DNA of 63,299 nucleotides, the filler included, from Actinomycetales bacterium (GTDB lineage Bacteria; Actinomycetota; Actinomycetes; Actinomycetales; CAVURS01), in the NCBI GenBank assembly GCA_045807245.1. It is 4 parts of 4 records of this genome, joined end to end, with 100 filler letters (N's around TTAATTAATTAA, not from the genome) between each part and the next. Parts side by side here need not be neighbours in the genome. Positions count along the whole stretch, not along the records: positions 28,032 to 57,960 come from JBJMHS010000018.1; positions 58,061 to 63,299 come from JBJMHS010000020.1; 2 more parts are not named here. The stretch is one strand, 5' to 3'. The translations under genes and the position numbers were made by a program. Below, piece by piece: positions 50,578 through 59,454 of the stretch (its first letter is position 1; each line of letters starts with the position of its first letter). The notes beneath the pieces are model-generated. The model saw only the letters and a program-made list of their open reading frames with translations. It ran no database searches and was not told the DNA's origin.

Positions 50578-51482
50578 TTCAGGAAGTCCAACAAGGATGG
50601 TTGCACGACCCGCGCCGTGGCGCCGAGAGCCGCCTGGTAGGCGACCTGCTGGGTCTGTAGCGCGACGATCGTCGACGGCATGTCGGCGTCCTCGACATCA
50701 CTCAACCGCGTGCTCAGGTCCTGGATCCGGTTGCCGGCCGTGGTCTGCCCGTTCTGGATCGTCGAGTAGCGCACGCCGGCGTCGGTCAGCTGGGTCCGGA
50801 CGAGTCCGGCCGAGACGTCCACCGCGGCCAGGTCGCCACTCAGGGCGGCCGGGTTGTTCTGCAGGTGGTCGATGACCGTGGCGATGACGTTGAACACGGA
50901 GCTCGCGCCGGTGCCGAACGTCGCGGCGGCGTCGCTGTCGACCCGCACCGTGGTGCCGTCGGAGATCCGGCGCTGCACCGTGCCGGTGTCGCCGACGAAG
51001 GAGACGTCAGGCTGACCGCCGACGGTCGACGTGCTGCCGGCCGTGAATGCCGCCGACCCGGCGGTGGTGCCGCCGAAGACCGGCCGGCCCTGGTACGTCG
51101 TGTTGGCCAGTCCGAGGATCGACGAGCGCAGCTGGGTGAGCTCGGTGGCGATGGCCGTACGCGAGGCGGCGTCCCCGCTGCCCGTGTTGGCCGCCTGGAC
51201 GACCAGGTCGCGGACCCGCCCCAGCTGGTCGTTGATCGACGTCAGCGTCGAGTCGACCGTCGAGAGCCAGCCCAGCCCGTCGGACGCATTGCGCCCGTAT
51301 TGGTTGTTGCGGTCGATCTCGCCCTGCAGGGCCAGCGCGCTGACCGTGCCGCTGGGATCGTCGGACGCCCGGTTGATCCGCCGGCCGGAGGACAGCTGCT
51401 CCTGCAGGGTCGCACCGCGCTGGAGCGACGACTGCAGGTTCGCGAGCGACATCGAGGTGATCGAGTTGTTCGTGACGCGCAT
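50574..51482 (-). CDS. flgL: Hook-associated protein 3
   Basis: MRVT, QLSSGRRINRASDDP, YQAAL...QPSLLDFL. Confidence 0.93.
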   Translation of the reverse strand: MRVTNNSITSMSLANLQSSLQRGATLQEQLSSGRRINRASDDPSGTVSALALQGEIDRNNQYGRNASDGLGWLSTVDSTLTSINDQLGRVRDLVVQAANTGSGDAASRTAIATELTQLRSSILGLANTTYQGRPVFGGTTAGSAAFTAGSTSTVGGQPDVSFVGDTGTVQRRISDGTTVRVDSDAAATFGTGASSVFNVIATVIDHLQNNPAALSGDLAAVDVSAGLVRTQLTDAGVRYSTIQNGQTTAGNRIQDLSTRLSDVEDADMPSTIVALQTQQVAYQAALGATARVVQPSLLDFLK

Positions 51483-51484
51483 GG

Positions 51485-52885
51485 TCAGGCCCTTCCAGCG
51501 ATGCCGGTGCGGTTGATCAGCGTGTCGAGGTTCTGGTCGAGCGCCGTCAGCAGGCGCGAGGCACCCTCGTAGGCCCGCTGGTAGGTCAGCATCCCGGTGA
51601 GCTCCTCGTCGAGGCTGACCCCGGACGCCGAGTCACGGTCGGCGTCGGCGTTCTTCACGACGCTCGCTGCAGTGGTGGCCTGGGTCGCGGCCCGGTTCGA
51701 GTCGACGCCGACCGACGAGACAGCGGTGCTCCACACCTTGTCGGCGCCCGTCGTCGAGGTGGCGAGCTGGGCGATCCGGTCGGCGAGCGAGCCGTCGAGG
51801 TTGGCCGTGCCGCTCGGTACGGCGGACGCGACCTTACGCGGGTCGGTGATGGCGACGGAAATCGTTGCCGCCGTGACGGTTCCGGTCGACGTGAAGAAGT
51901 CGGTGGCCGGGTTGCCGTCGAGGTCCTGGCCGGTGTCGTGAGCTGCGTTGACGGTCGAGGCGAGTGTCGTCGCAACCGAGTCGTACGACGCCAGAACGCC
52001 CGGGATGGTCGTGTTGAGCGCCTGCAACGAGGCGGCCAGGCGGCCACCGCTGACACTCGCGACGCCACCGCCGGCCCAGCTGAACGACACCGGTGTCGAC
52101 GAGGTCTGGTCCACAGCGGTCGCCCCGCCCAGGATGAGCCGCTCGGCGTGGGGGCCGTGGACGAGGGGGCTGCCGCCGACCATGACGTCGACACTGCCGT
52201 CGGAGTTGGCCCGGGACGTCGCGCCGGTCAGCTCGGACAGGTGCAGGACCAGCTGGTCGCGCTGGTCGCTCAGCTCGTTGGCCTGGCCGCCGGACAGCTT
52301 GGCGTTGGTGATCTGCTGGTTGAGCTGCGCCACCGACTGGGCCGTGGTGTTGACGTCGTTGACCAGGGCCACGGCCTGGTCGCGCTGAGTGGACCAGTAC
52401 GACGTGAGCTGCTGCGCGGACGAGTTGAGCGTGCCGGTGACCGTCTGGGCCTTGGCCAGCAGGGCGGCCCGGGTCGAGACATCGCCGGGGTTGTTCGCGA
52501 CGTCGTGCCAGGCGGCCCAGAACGCGGTCAGCTGGCTGGACAGGCCCGTCGTACTCGGCTCGTTCATGAGCTGCTCGATCGCCGTGTACGTCGTACTGAC
52601 GTCGTTGAGGTTCGCCTGCGAGGCGTGCGCGCCGCGCTGCCGGGCGTCCACCAGAGCGTCGGCCAGCCGGCTGACGTCGGTGACCATGACGCCCCAGCCG
52701 GGCTCCTGGGCCACGGCGTACAGGCCGCCGCGGCCGGCGGCGACGACCGGCTCGAGCTCGGCCCGCTGGCGGGTGTAGCCCGGGGTGTTGACGTTCGCGA
52801 TGTTCTGGCCGGCGACGTCCAGGGCCTGACGCTGCGCCATGAGGGCGTTCAGCGCGGTGGACAGACCGCTGAAGGTGCTGCTCAT
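51485..52885 (-). CDS. flgK: Hook-associated protein 1
   Basis: GQNIANVNTPGYTRQR, DQRD, SGVSLDEE..YQRAY. Confidence 0.94.
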   Translation of the reverse strand: MSSTFSGLSTALNALMAQRQALDVAGQNIANVNTPGYTRQRAELEPVVAAGRGGLYAVAQEPGWGVMVTDVSRLADALVDARQRGAHASQANLNDVSTTYTAIEQLMNEPSTTGLSSQLTAFWAAWHDVANNPGDVSTRAALLAKAQTVTGTLNSSAQQLTSYWSTQRDQAVALVNDVNTTAQSVAQLNQQITNAKLSGGQANELSDQRDQLVLHLSELTGATSRANSDGSVDVMVGGSPLVHGPHAERLILGGATAVDQTSSTPVSFSWAGGGVASVSGGRLAASLQALNTTIPGVLASYDSVATTLASTVNAAHDTGQDLDGNPATDFFTSTGTVTAATISVAITDPRKVASAVPSGTANLDGSLADRIAQLATSTTGADKVWSTAVSSVGVDSNRAATQATTAASVVKNADADRDSASGVSLDEELTGMLTYQRAYEGASRLLTALDQNLDTLINRTGIAGRA

Positions 52886-52892
52886 CGTGGGC

Positions 52893-53372
52893 TCACAGGG
52901 CCTGGTCGACGACGCGGGGGCCGACCGGGCCGGTGATGCGGCCCTGCGGGCCGTAGGTGCCGACCGACTGCTCGAGGCCCAAGAGGGCTTCGCGAGTGGC
53001 CTTGGCGCCGGCGGCCAGCAGGTCGCGGTTGGCCTCGGCCATCGTGCTGATCTCGGCGGTCAGCGCCAAGAAGGCCTGACGGTGGGCCCGCAGCAGCTCG
53101 GGGTACGGCTCGGGCGCGTGCCCGGCCAGCGTGGTCAGGCTGGGCTGCGAGCCGCAGCCGACGGACTCGGCGAGCCCCTCGACGGTGACGGCGCGACGCA
53201 GCTCCTGCTGGCGGATCTCGGCCAGCACGACCTCGACCTCACGGGTGGCGTGGGCGAGCCAGCGGGTCCGACCACTCGCCAGCACGAGCTGCTCCTCCTC
53301 GATCTTGAACAGCAGCAGCTCGAGCAGCTCGCGCTCCTTCCACAGCAGCGCGGACAGCTCCTCCCAGCTCAT
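52893..53372 (-). CDS. flgN: Flagellar export chaperone FlgN
   Basis: LW.ERELLELLLFKIEEEQLVL, N..LL, TY; directly upstream of flgK. Confidence 0.85.
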   Translation of the reverse strand: MSWEELSALLWKERELLELLLFKIEEEQLVLASGRTRWLAHATREVEVVLAEIRQQELRRAVTVEGLAESVGCGSQPSLTTLAGHAPEPYPELLRAHRQAFLALTAEISTMAEANRDLLAAGAKATREALLGLEQSVGTYGPQGRITGPVGPRVVDQAL

Positions 53373-53425
53373 CTGTTCCTCCTCGGTCGGACACGGCGCG
53401 TGACCGTGACGGTCCGCTGTGCTCT

Positions 53426-53454
53426 AGATCGGCCGGAGGGGCCGGTCTCCTGAG
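53426..53454 (-). promoter_or_regulatory. Sigma28-type promoter of flgN-flgK-flgL-fliW
   Basis: Minus strand CTCA-N17-GCCGATCT. Confidence 0.7.
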
Positions 53455-53504
53455 AGGTTCTCCAGGTTCTTGTCGCTGTTCGAGGCATTTCACGCTCAGT
53501 AGCC

Positions 53505-53533
53505 CTACAGATCGCCGCGCGGCGCGCCGAGTG
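53505..53533 (+). promoter_or_regulatory. Sigma28-type promoter of the sigma gene
   Basis: CTACAG-N15-GCCGAGTG, ending 7 nt before the ATG. Confidence 0.55.
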
Positions 53534-53540
53534 ACCACCC

Positions 53541-54416
53541 ATGGAGCAGGGGGCGCTAGTCGACGAGCTGGTCCGCGAGGCCATGCCGCTCGTCGGCTAT
53601 GTCGTCACCGAGATGATCAGTCGGCTCCCGGCGCACGTGCGGCGCGAGGACCTCCAGTCCGCCGGGTACGAAGCGCTCGTGCGCTGCGCTCGCAGCTACG
53701 ACCCCAGCGTCGGTACGTCGTTCGCCCAGTACGCCCGGATCCGCGTACGCGGTGCGATCGTCGACGAGCTGCGGTCCGCGGACTGGGCCAGCCGCGGTGC
53801 GCGACGGGCCGAGCGTCAGCTCACCGGCGCCGAGGACCGGCTCACCCAGCAGCTCGGGCGTCGCCCCAGCGAGCAGGAGCTCGCGGCCGACCTCGGAGCG
53901 GACGGCGACGACCTCTTGCGCACCCGGGAGCGGGTGCAGCGCGCCGCCGTACTCAGCCTCAACGCGATCGTCGGCGAGACCGACGTCGACGTCGCCACCA
54001 ACCTGCCCTCACACGACCCGTCGCACGACGACCGGATCATCGCCGACGAGCGGAGCCGGATGCTGCACGCGGCCGTCGAGGCCCTGCCCGACCGGCTGCG
54101 CCAGGTCGTCACCGACTACTTCCTCGGCGAGAAGCCGATGGCCGAGATCGCGGCGGAGCTGGGCGTCGGGGAGTCGCGCATCTCGCAGATGCGCGCGCAG
54201 GCGCTCGAGCTGCTGCGCGAGGGGATGAACCGGCACTGGGACGGCGTCGAGCCCACCGCCCGGCCCGAGGCTGGAGTCGCCGCGCGCCGTCGCGAGGAGT
54301 ACTACGCGAAGGTCGCTGCCCTCTCCGGCGCGACGGCCCGGCGGGAGACCTCGCCGGCGTCCGACGCGTCGTTCGTGCCCGCCGGCTACACGTCGTACGT
54401 CTCGGCACTGGCGTGA
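53541..54416 (+). CDS. fliA: FliA/WhiG-family sigma factor with C-terminal extension
   Basis: F..YAR.R.RGAIVDELRS.DW, LGRRPSE.ELA, EIAAELGVGESRISQ. Confidence 0.88.
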   Translation: MEQGALVDELVREAMPLVGYVVTEMISRLPAHVRREDLQSAGYEALVRCARSYDPSVGTSFAQYARIRVRGAIVDELRSADWASRGARRAERQLTGAEDRLTQQLGRRPSEQELAADLGADGDDLLRTRERVQRAAVLSLNAIVGETDVDVATNLPSHDPSHDDRIIADERSRMLHAAVEALPDRLRQVVTDYFLGEKPMAEIAAELGVGESRISQMRAQALELLREGMNRHWDGVEPTARPEAGVAARRREEYYAKVAALSGATARRETSPASDASFVPAGYTSYVSALA

Positions 54417-54454
54417 TGACGATGCGGTTCACCCGTTTGCGGGCACGAATAACC

Positions 54455-54482
54455 CTCAGCCCACGGCCGGCGATGACGATGG
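54455..54482 (+). promoter_or_regulatory. Sigma28-type promoter of flagellin
   Basis: CTCA-N16-GACGATGG (alternative TAAC-N15-GGCGATGA). Confidence 0.55.
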
Positions 54483-54537
54483 GTTGCCCGGCAGCCCACG
54501 GACGGGCGTCAGTACTCAGTTCACGGAGGAGCACATC

Positions 54538-55356
54538 ATGAGTCTTCGCATCAACCAGAACATCGCGGCGATGAACGCGTACCGGAACCTGTCGGTCTCG
54601 GACAACCAGATGTCCAAGTCCCTGGAGAAGCTCTCCAGCGGTTTCCGGATCAACCGCGCCGCCGACGACGCGGCCGGCCTGTCCATCTCCGAGGGCCTGC
54701 GCTCGCAGATCGGTGGCCTCAAGGTCGCCGTCCGCAACGCTCAGGACGGCATCAACGTCGTTCAGACCGCCGACGGCGCGCTGAACGAGGTCACCAGCAT
54801 CCTGCAGCGCATGCGCGACCTGTCGGTGCAGGCCAGCAACACGGGTTCGCAGGACTCCAACGCCCAGACCGCTGACCAGGCCGAGTTCGCCCAGCTCAAC
54901 GCCGAGCTCGACCGGATCAGCGGCAACACGGCGTTCGGCGGCAAGAAGCTGCTGGATGGTTCGTACAACGGCGACTTCCAGGTCGGCGCGAACGCGGGCG
55001 AGACGATCAACGTCACGCTGTCGGCTGCGTACGACTCGACCACGCTGGGCACGGCCGCTCTCGACCTGACGACCGGCGCGTCGGCGGCCATCACGGCGCT
55101 CGACACGGCGATCACCACGGTCTCGACCGACCGGGCCACCCTGGGTGCGTACCAGAACCGCTTCGAGCACACGGTCAACAACCTCAGCGTCGCGGTGGAG
55201 AACCTGTCCGCGTCGGAGAGCGCCATCCGTGACACGGACATGGCGTCTGAGATGACCAACTTCACGAAGAACCAGATCCTGGTCCAGGCCGGCACGGCGA
55301 TGCTCGCGCAGGCCAACGCGGTGCCGTCGAACGTTCTGTCCCTGCTGAAGGGCTGA
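54538..55356 (+). CDS. fliC: Flagellin (272 aa)
   Basis: RINQN, LSSGFRINRAADDAAG, LGAYQNR, IRDTDMA, LAQAN; GGAGG SD. Confidence 0.97.
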   Translation: MSLRINQNIAAMNAYRNLSVSDNQMSKSLEKLSSGFRINRAADDAAGLSISEGLRSQIGGLKVAVRNAQDGINVVQTADGALNEVTSILQRMRDLSVQASNTGSQDSNAQTADQAEFAQLNAELDRISGNTAFGGKKLLDGSYNGDFQVGANAGETINVTLSAAYDSTTLGTAALDLTTGASAAITALDTAITTVSTDRATLGAYQNRFEHTVNNLSVAVENLSASESAIRDTDMASEMTNFTKNQILVQAGTAMLAQANAVPSNVLSLLKG

Positions 55357-55458
55357 GCCCGACGGATCGGCAAGACCTGGCGATCCCGGGTCGGGGCATC
55401 CCCGGCCCGGGATCGGCCAGTTAGCAAGTCGAAACAGCGGTACGACGAGCGAGCGGAG

Positions 55459-56838
55459 GTGACCGACATGGCGGCGACGTCCAGCGTCAGCGGCCTGGTC
55501 AGTGGCCTCGACACGTCGTCGATCATCAGCCAGCTGATGCAGCTCGAGGCCCAGCCGCAGACCGCGCTGAAGACCACGCTGACCAACACGCAGAGTGCCA
55601 TCACGGCATACCAGGGGCTCAACACGAAGTTCCAGGCGCTGCTCACCGCCGCGCAGTCGTTGGAGAGCGCGAACACCTGGGGCGCCCGGGCCGCCACCTC
55701 GAGCGACCCGACCGTCGCGGCGTCGGCCGCCGCCGGTGCGGTCAGCGGCTCCATCACCTTCACGGTCAACCAGCTGGCCGCGGCCCACTCGCTCATGACG
55801 AGCGCGTCGACCGGGTCGCTCACCGACACCTCGACCTTCACCACCGGCGGCGGGTCGTTCCAGATCGTCAAGGGCGACGGCACCACGACCACGGTCACGC
55901 CGAACGACGGCTCGCTCACCACCGTCGTCAACGCCATCAACTCCGCCAGCGCAGGCGTGCGGGCCGCCGCCGTACAGGTAGCACCGGGGCAGTACAAGCT
56001 CCAGGTCACGAGCGCCACGACCGGGGACGCCTCGAGCTTCACGCTGCAGGGGCTGACCGGCCTCGGCGGCACGACCGTCGTCCAAACCGGTCAGAACGCC
56101 AGCATCCACGTCGGCTCGGCCACCGCCGGCTTCGACGTCACCTCGGCCACGAACACGTTCATCGACGTCTCGCCCGGACTGACCTTCACTGTGGCCAAGG
56201 CAGAGACGACCGCCACGGTCAGCGTCGCCAACGACCGGGACAGCATCGCCACAGCGGTGCAGGCGATGGTCGACGCGGCCAACGCGGTCCTCAGCGAGAT
56301 CACCAAGCAGACCGCAACCGGCACGGTGAACGCGAACGGTACGCGGACCGGCCAGGGCGCGCTCGCGGGCGACACCTCGGTCAAGGCGATGACGACCTCG
56401 ATCATCTCCGCCGTCACCAGCGCATTGGGTGGCGGCGTCTCCGCTGCCAGATACGGCATCCAGAGCACCCGGGACGGGACGCTCACGTTCGACAAGAGCG
56501 CGTTCCAGGCGGCTTACAACGCCGACCCGGACGGCACGCGTGCCGCAGTTGCGCCGACCACGGGAACCGGTGTCGCGCAGCGTCTGGCGACGGTGGCCGA
56601 CCGCGCGACCGATCCGGTGAGCGGCACGATCACCACCACGATCGCCAGCCGCAACAGCACCATCCAGAGCCTGAACGACCAGATCGCGCAGTGGGACGTG
56701 CGGTTGGCGCAGCGGCAGGAGACCTTGCAGAACCAGTTCTCCGCGATGGAGGTGGCACTGCAGAAGCTGCAGAGCCAGGCGTCCTGGCTCAACGGCCAGA
56801 TCAGCAGCCTGCAGGCGAGCCAGAGCGCCTCCCGATGA
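55459..56838 (+). CDS. fliD: Filament cap protein
   Basis: SGLVSGLDT..II.QLM, VNQLAAAH, QFSAME..L..LQSQ. Confidence 0.93.
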   Translation: MTDMAATSSVSGLVSGLDTSSIISQLMQLEAQPQTALKTTLTNTQSAITAYQGLNTKFQALLTAAQSLESANTWGARAATSSDPTVAASAAAGAVSGSITFTVNQLAAAHSLMTSASTGSLTDTSTFTTGGGSFQIVKGDGTTTTVTPNDGSLTTVVNAINSASAGVRAAAVQVAPGQYKLQVTSATTGDASSFTLQGLTGLGGTTVVQTGQNASIHVGSATAGFDVTSATNTFIDVSPGLTFTVAKAETTATVSVANDRDSIATAVQAMVDAANAVLSEITKQTATGTVNANGTRTGQGALAGDTSVKAMTTSIISAVTSALGGGVSAARYGIQSTRDGTLTFDKSAFQAAYNADPDGTRAAVAPTTGTGVAQRLATVADRATDPVSGTITTTIASRNSTIQSLNDQIAQWDVRLAQRQETLQNQFSAMEVALQKLQSQASWLNGQISSLQASQSASR

Positions 56839-57242
56839 GCTCGATGCCTTCGGCCGCACGGTACGTGCAGGACTCGATCACGACGGCCTCGCCCGGCCGG
56901 CTGCTGGTCATGCTGTACGACCGGCTGGCGCTCGACCTGGCCCGGGCCAGCGAGGCGCTCGAGACCCGCGACCGGCAGACGGCGCACACGCGGCTCATCC
57001 ACGCGCAGGACATCGTGTCCGAGCTCGCGAGCAGCCTGGACCACTCGGCCGGCTGGTCCGGCAGTCACAACCTGGCCGCCATCTACGCCTGGCTCGGGAC
57101 CGAGCTAGTGCAGGTCAACATCCGCGGCGACCTCGACCGGCTCCGCGCCTGTCAAGGTGTCGTCGAACCGCTGCGGCAGTCCTGGCACCAGGCGCTGGAG
57201 GCGACCGCCGCCGGCGGCACCGACTCTCGGCTGGTGGGCTGA
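56835..57242 (+). CDS. fliS: Flagellin chaperone
   Basis: Y..DSITTASP.RLLVMLYD, AQDIVSEL..SLD, NL..IY, LRQSW. Confidence 0.93.
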   Translation: MSSMPSAARYVQDSITTASPGRLLVMLYDRLALDLARASEALETRDRQTAHTRLIHAQDIVSELASSLDHSAGWSGSHNLAAIYAWLGTELVQVNIRGDLDRLRACQGVVEPLRQSWHQALEATAAGGTDSRLVG

Positions 57243-57625
57243 TGTCCCTCGACCCGTCCGCCGAGACCGTCGCGCCGGGCGGGCATGCCTCCCAGCCGGG
57301 CGCGGAGGTCGTGGACTGGACGGCCGCCTGGGTTGCGGCGCTGGACCGGCTCGAGCTCGACGTCGACGAGACCGAGCGGATGATGACCGGCCTGCCGGTC
57401 AGCGTCGCCGAGTCGCAGGAGCACCGCTGGACCGCACCGGCCGGGTTGGGCCCCCTGCCGGAGTCCCTCAACGAGCGCGCGATGCAGGTCAACGCGCGCC
57501 AGATCGAAGTGGCCCGACGGATCGCGCTGTCGTTGGGCGCGACGCGCCGCGAAGCCGACCTGGCCAACCGTCTGTCGCAGAGCAGCGGCGACGCTCCGCC
57601 GGTGTACGTCGACCATCTGATGTAG
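57242..57625 (+). CDS. Hypothetical flagellar-cluster protein in the FliT position
   Basis: Coupled to fliS; helical W..ALD.LE...W..P..LGPLP..L..RA....RQ...PVYVD. Confidence 0.6.
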   Translation: MSLDPSAETVAPGGHASQPGAEVVDWTAAWVAALDRLELDVDETERMMTGLPVSVAESQEHRWTAPAGLGPLPESLNERAMQVNARQIEVARRIALSLGATRREADLANRLSQSSGDAPPVYVDHLM

Positions 57626-57762
57626 CCGTCGGCGGACGGTACGGCGGCAGACTCCCACCGTCGTGCTTGAGCATGCTCGCCAAGGATCCCCCGATCGGCG
57701 TACCAGCACGCTCTCGCAACTGATCCGGCGATCAGGATCAGGCAAGTCGTTGGTTGAAACGA

Positions 57763-57790
57763 CTACAGTCCGCAGACCCCCTGCCGAGAA
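57763..57790 (+). promoter_or_regulatory. Sigma28-type promoter of flgB
   Basis: CTACAG-N14-GCCGAGAA. Confidence 0.55.
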
Positions 57791-57873
57791 CATTTCTGAG
57801 CGACGGATCGCTCACCTCCGGCCATGGATCGGCCTCCAGCGCGGCACCTGCCGCTCTGCCCCTGGAGTGCTCC

Positions 57874-57960
57874 GTGTTCGACAGCGTCACGACCACGTCG
57901 TTGACCAGTGCGCTGGACAACCTCGCTCTGCGTCAGCGGGTCACGGCCGACAACATCGCC
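57874..57960 (+). CDS. flgB: Basal body rod protein FlgB (5' part only)
   Basis: MFD...L.SALD.LALRQRVTADNIA; GGAG SD. Confidence 0.85.
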
Positions 57961-58060
57961 NNNNNNNNNNNNNNNNNNNNNNNNNNNNNNNNNNNNNNNN
58001 NNNNTTAATTAATTAANNNNNNNNNNNNNNNNNNNNNNNNNNNNNNNNNNNNNNNNNNNN
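57961..58060. other. Artificial contig linker
   Basis: N44-TTAATTAATTAA-N44. Confidence 0.99.
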
Positions 58061-58062
58061 AC

Positions 58063-59454
58063 TGGCGCGAGTCCGGGCGCTTCGTGCTGTTCGAGGCGCC
58101 GACGGTCATCCTTGCGACCGGTGGCATCGGCAAGTCGTTCAAGGTCACGAGCAACTCCTGGGAGTACACCGGCGACGGCCACGCCCTGGCCCTGCGCGCC
58201 GGCGCGACCTTGCTCAACATGGAGTTCATCCAGTTCCACCCCACGGGCATGGTCTGGCCGCCCTCGGTGAAGGGCATCCTGGTCACCGAGTCGGTCCGCG
58301 GCGACGGCGGTGTCCTGCGCAACAGCGAAGGCAAGCGCTTCATGTTCGAGTACGTCCCCGACGTGTTCCGAACGCAGTACGCGGACACCGAGGACGAGGC
58401 GGACCGCTGGTACAAGGACCCGGAGAACAACAAGCGGCCCCCCGAGCTGCTGCCGCGCGACGAGGTCGCCCGCGCGATCAACAACGAGGTCAAGGAGGGC
58501 CGCGGGTCACCGCACGGCGGCGTCTTCCTCGACGTGTCCACCCGGCTCTCGGCCGAGGAGATCATCAAGCGGCTGCCGTCGATGCACCACCAGTTTAAGG
58601 AGCTGGCCGACGTCGACATCACGGCCGAGGCGATGGAGGTCGGCCCGACCTGTCACTACGTGATGGGCGGCGTGGAGGTCGACGCCGACACGCAGGTCAC
58701 CCGCGTGCCAGGGCTGTTCGCCGCCGGTGAGGTCGCCGGCGGGATGCACGGTTCCAACCGGCTCGGCGGCAACTCACTGTCCGACCTCCTGGTCTTCGGC
58801 AAGCGCGCCGGCGCCGGTGCGGCGGCGTACATCCACGGTCTGGGCGACAGCCGGCCGGCCGTGGCGGACGCAGCCGTCGAGGCGGCCGCCGTGACCGCGG
58901 TGCGGCCGTTCGGCACCGGAGAGGAGACCACGGGCGACTCGGCCGGGGCGGCAGAGAACCCGTACACGCTGCACCAGGAGCTGCAGCAGTCGATGAACGA
59001 CCTGGTCGGCATCATCCGCCGCGAGGCGGAGGTCCGGGAGGCGCTGGAACGGCTGCGGGGTTACCAGGAGCGCGCTCAGAAGATGCAGGTCGAGGGGCAC
59101 CGCCAGTTCAACCCCGGATGGCACCTTGCCCTGGACCTGCGCAACATGTTGCTGATCTCGCAGTGTGTGGCGCTGGCCGCGCTCGAGCGCACGGAGAGCC
59201 GTGGCGGCCACACCCGCGAGGACCACCCCGCGATGGATCCGCAGTGGCGGACCGAGAACCTCGTGCTCGAGCTGGATGCGAAGGGCGCGGTCGGCCTGCG
59301 TCACCAGCCCGTTCCCGAGATGCGGCTCGACCTGTTCCGGTTGTTCGACCCCAAGGAGCTCGGCAAGTACTACACCGAGAAGGAGATGGCCCGGCTCGAC
59401 GAGCCCGGTGAGGCCGCGCCTTTGGACTTCTCGACGGAGGATGAGAGCACGTGA
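58063..59454 (+). CDS. sdhA: Succinate dehydrogenase/fumarate reductase flavoprotein (Sdh1/Rv0248c type), 5' truncated
   Basis: LATGG, QFHPT, TESVRGDGG, HYVMGG, HGSNRLGGNSL, ESRGGH. Confidence 0.92.
   Translation, partial: WRESGRFVLFEAPTVILATGGIGKSFKVTSNSWEYTGDGHALALRAGATLLNMEFIQFHPTGMVWPPSVKGILVTESVRGDGGVLRNSEGKRFMFEYVPDVFRTQYADTEDEADRWYKDPENNKRPPELLPRDEVARAINNEVKEGRGSPHGGVFLDVSTRLSAEEIIKRLPSMHHQFKELADVDITAEAMEVGPTCHYVMGGVEVDADTQVTRVPGLFAAGEVAGGMHGSNRLGGNSLSDLLVFGKRAGAGAAAYIHGLGDSRPAVADAAVEAAAVTAVRPFGTGEETTGDSAGAAENPYTLHQELQQSMNDLVGIIRREAEVREALERLRGYQERAQKMQVEGHRQFNPGWHLALDLRNMLLISQCVALAALERTESRGGHTREDHPAMDPQWRTENLVLELDAKGAVGLRHQPVPEMRLDLFRLFDPKELGKYYTEKEMARLDEPGEAAPLDFSTEDEST

Noticed and set aside
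54109..56859. 916-aa minus-strand ORF
   Set aside because: Antisense shadow of fliC-fliD
39528..57960. Prophage or ICE downstream of tRNA-Thr
   Set aside because: No integrase, transposase, phage or conjugation genes visible
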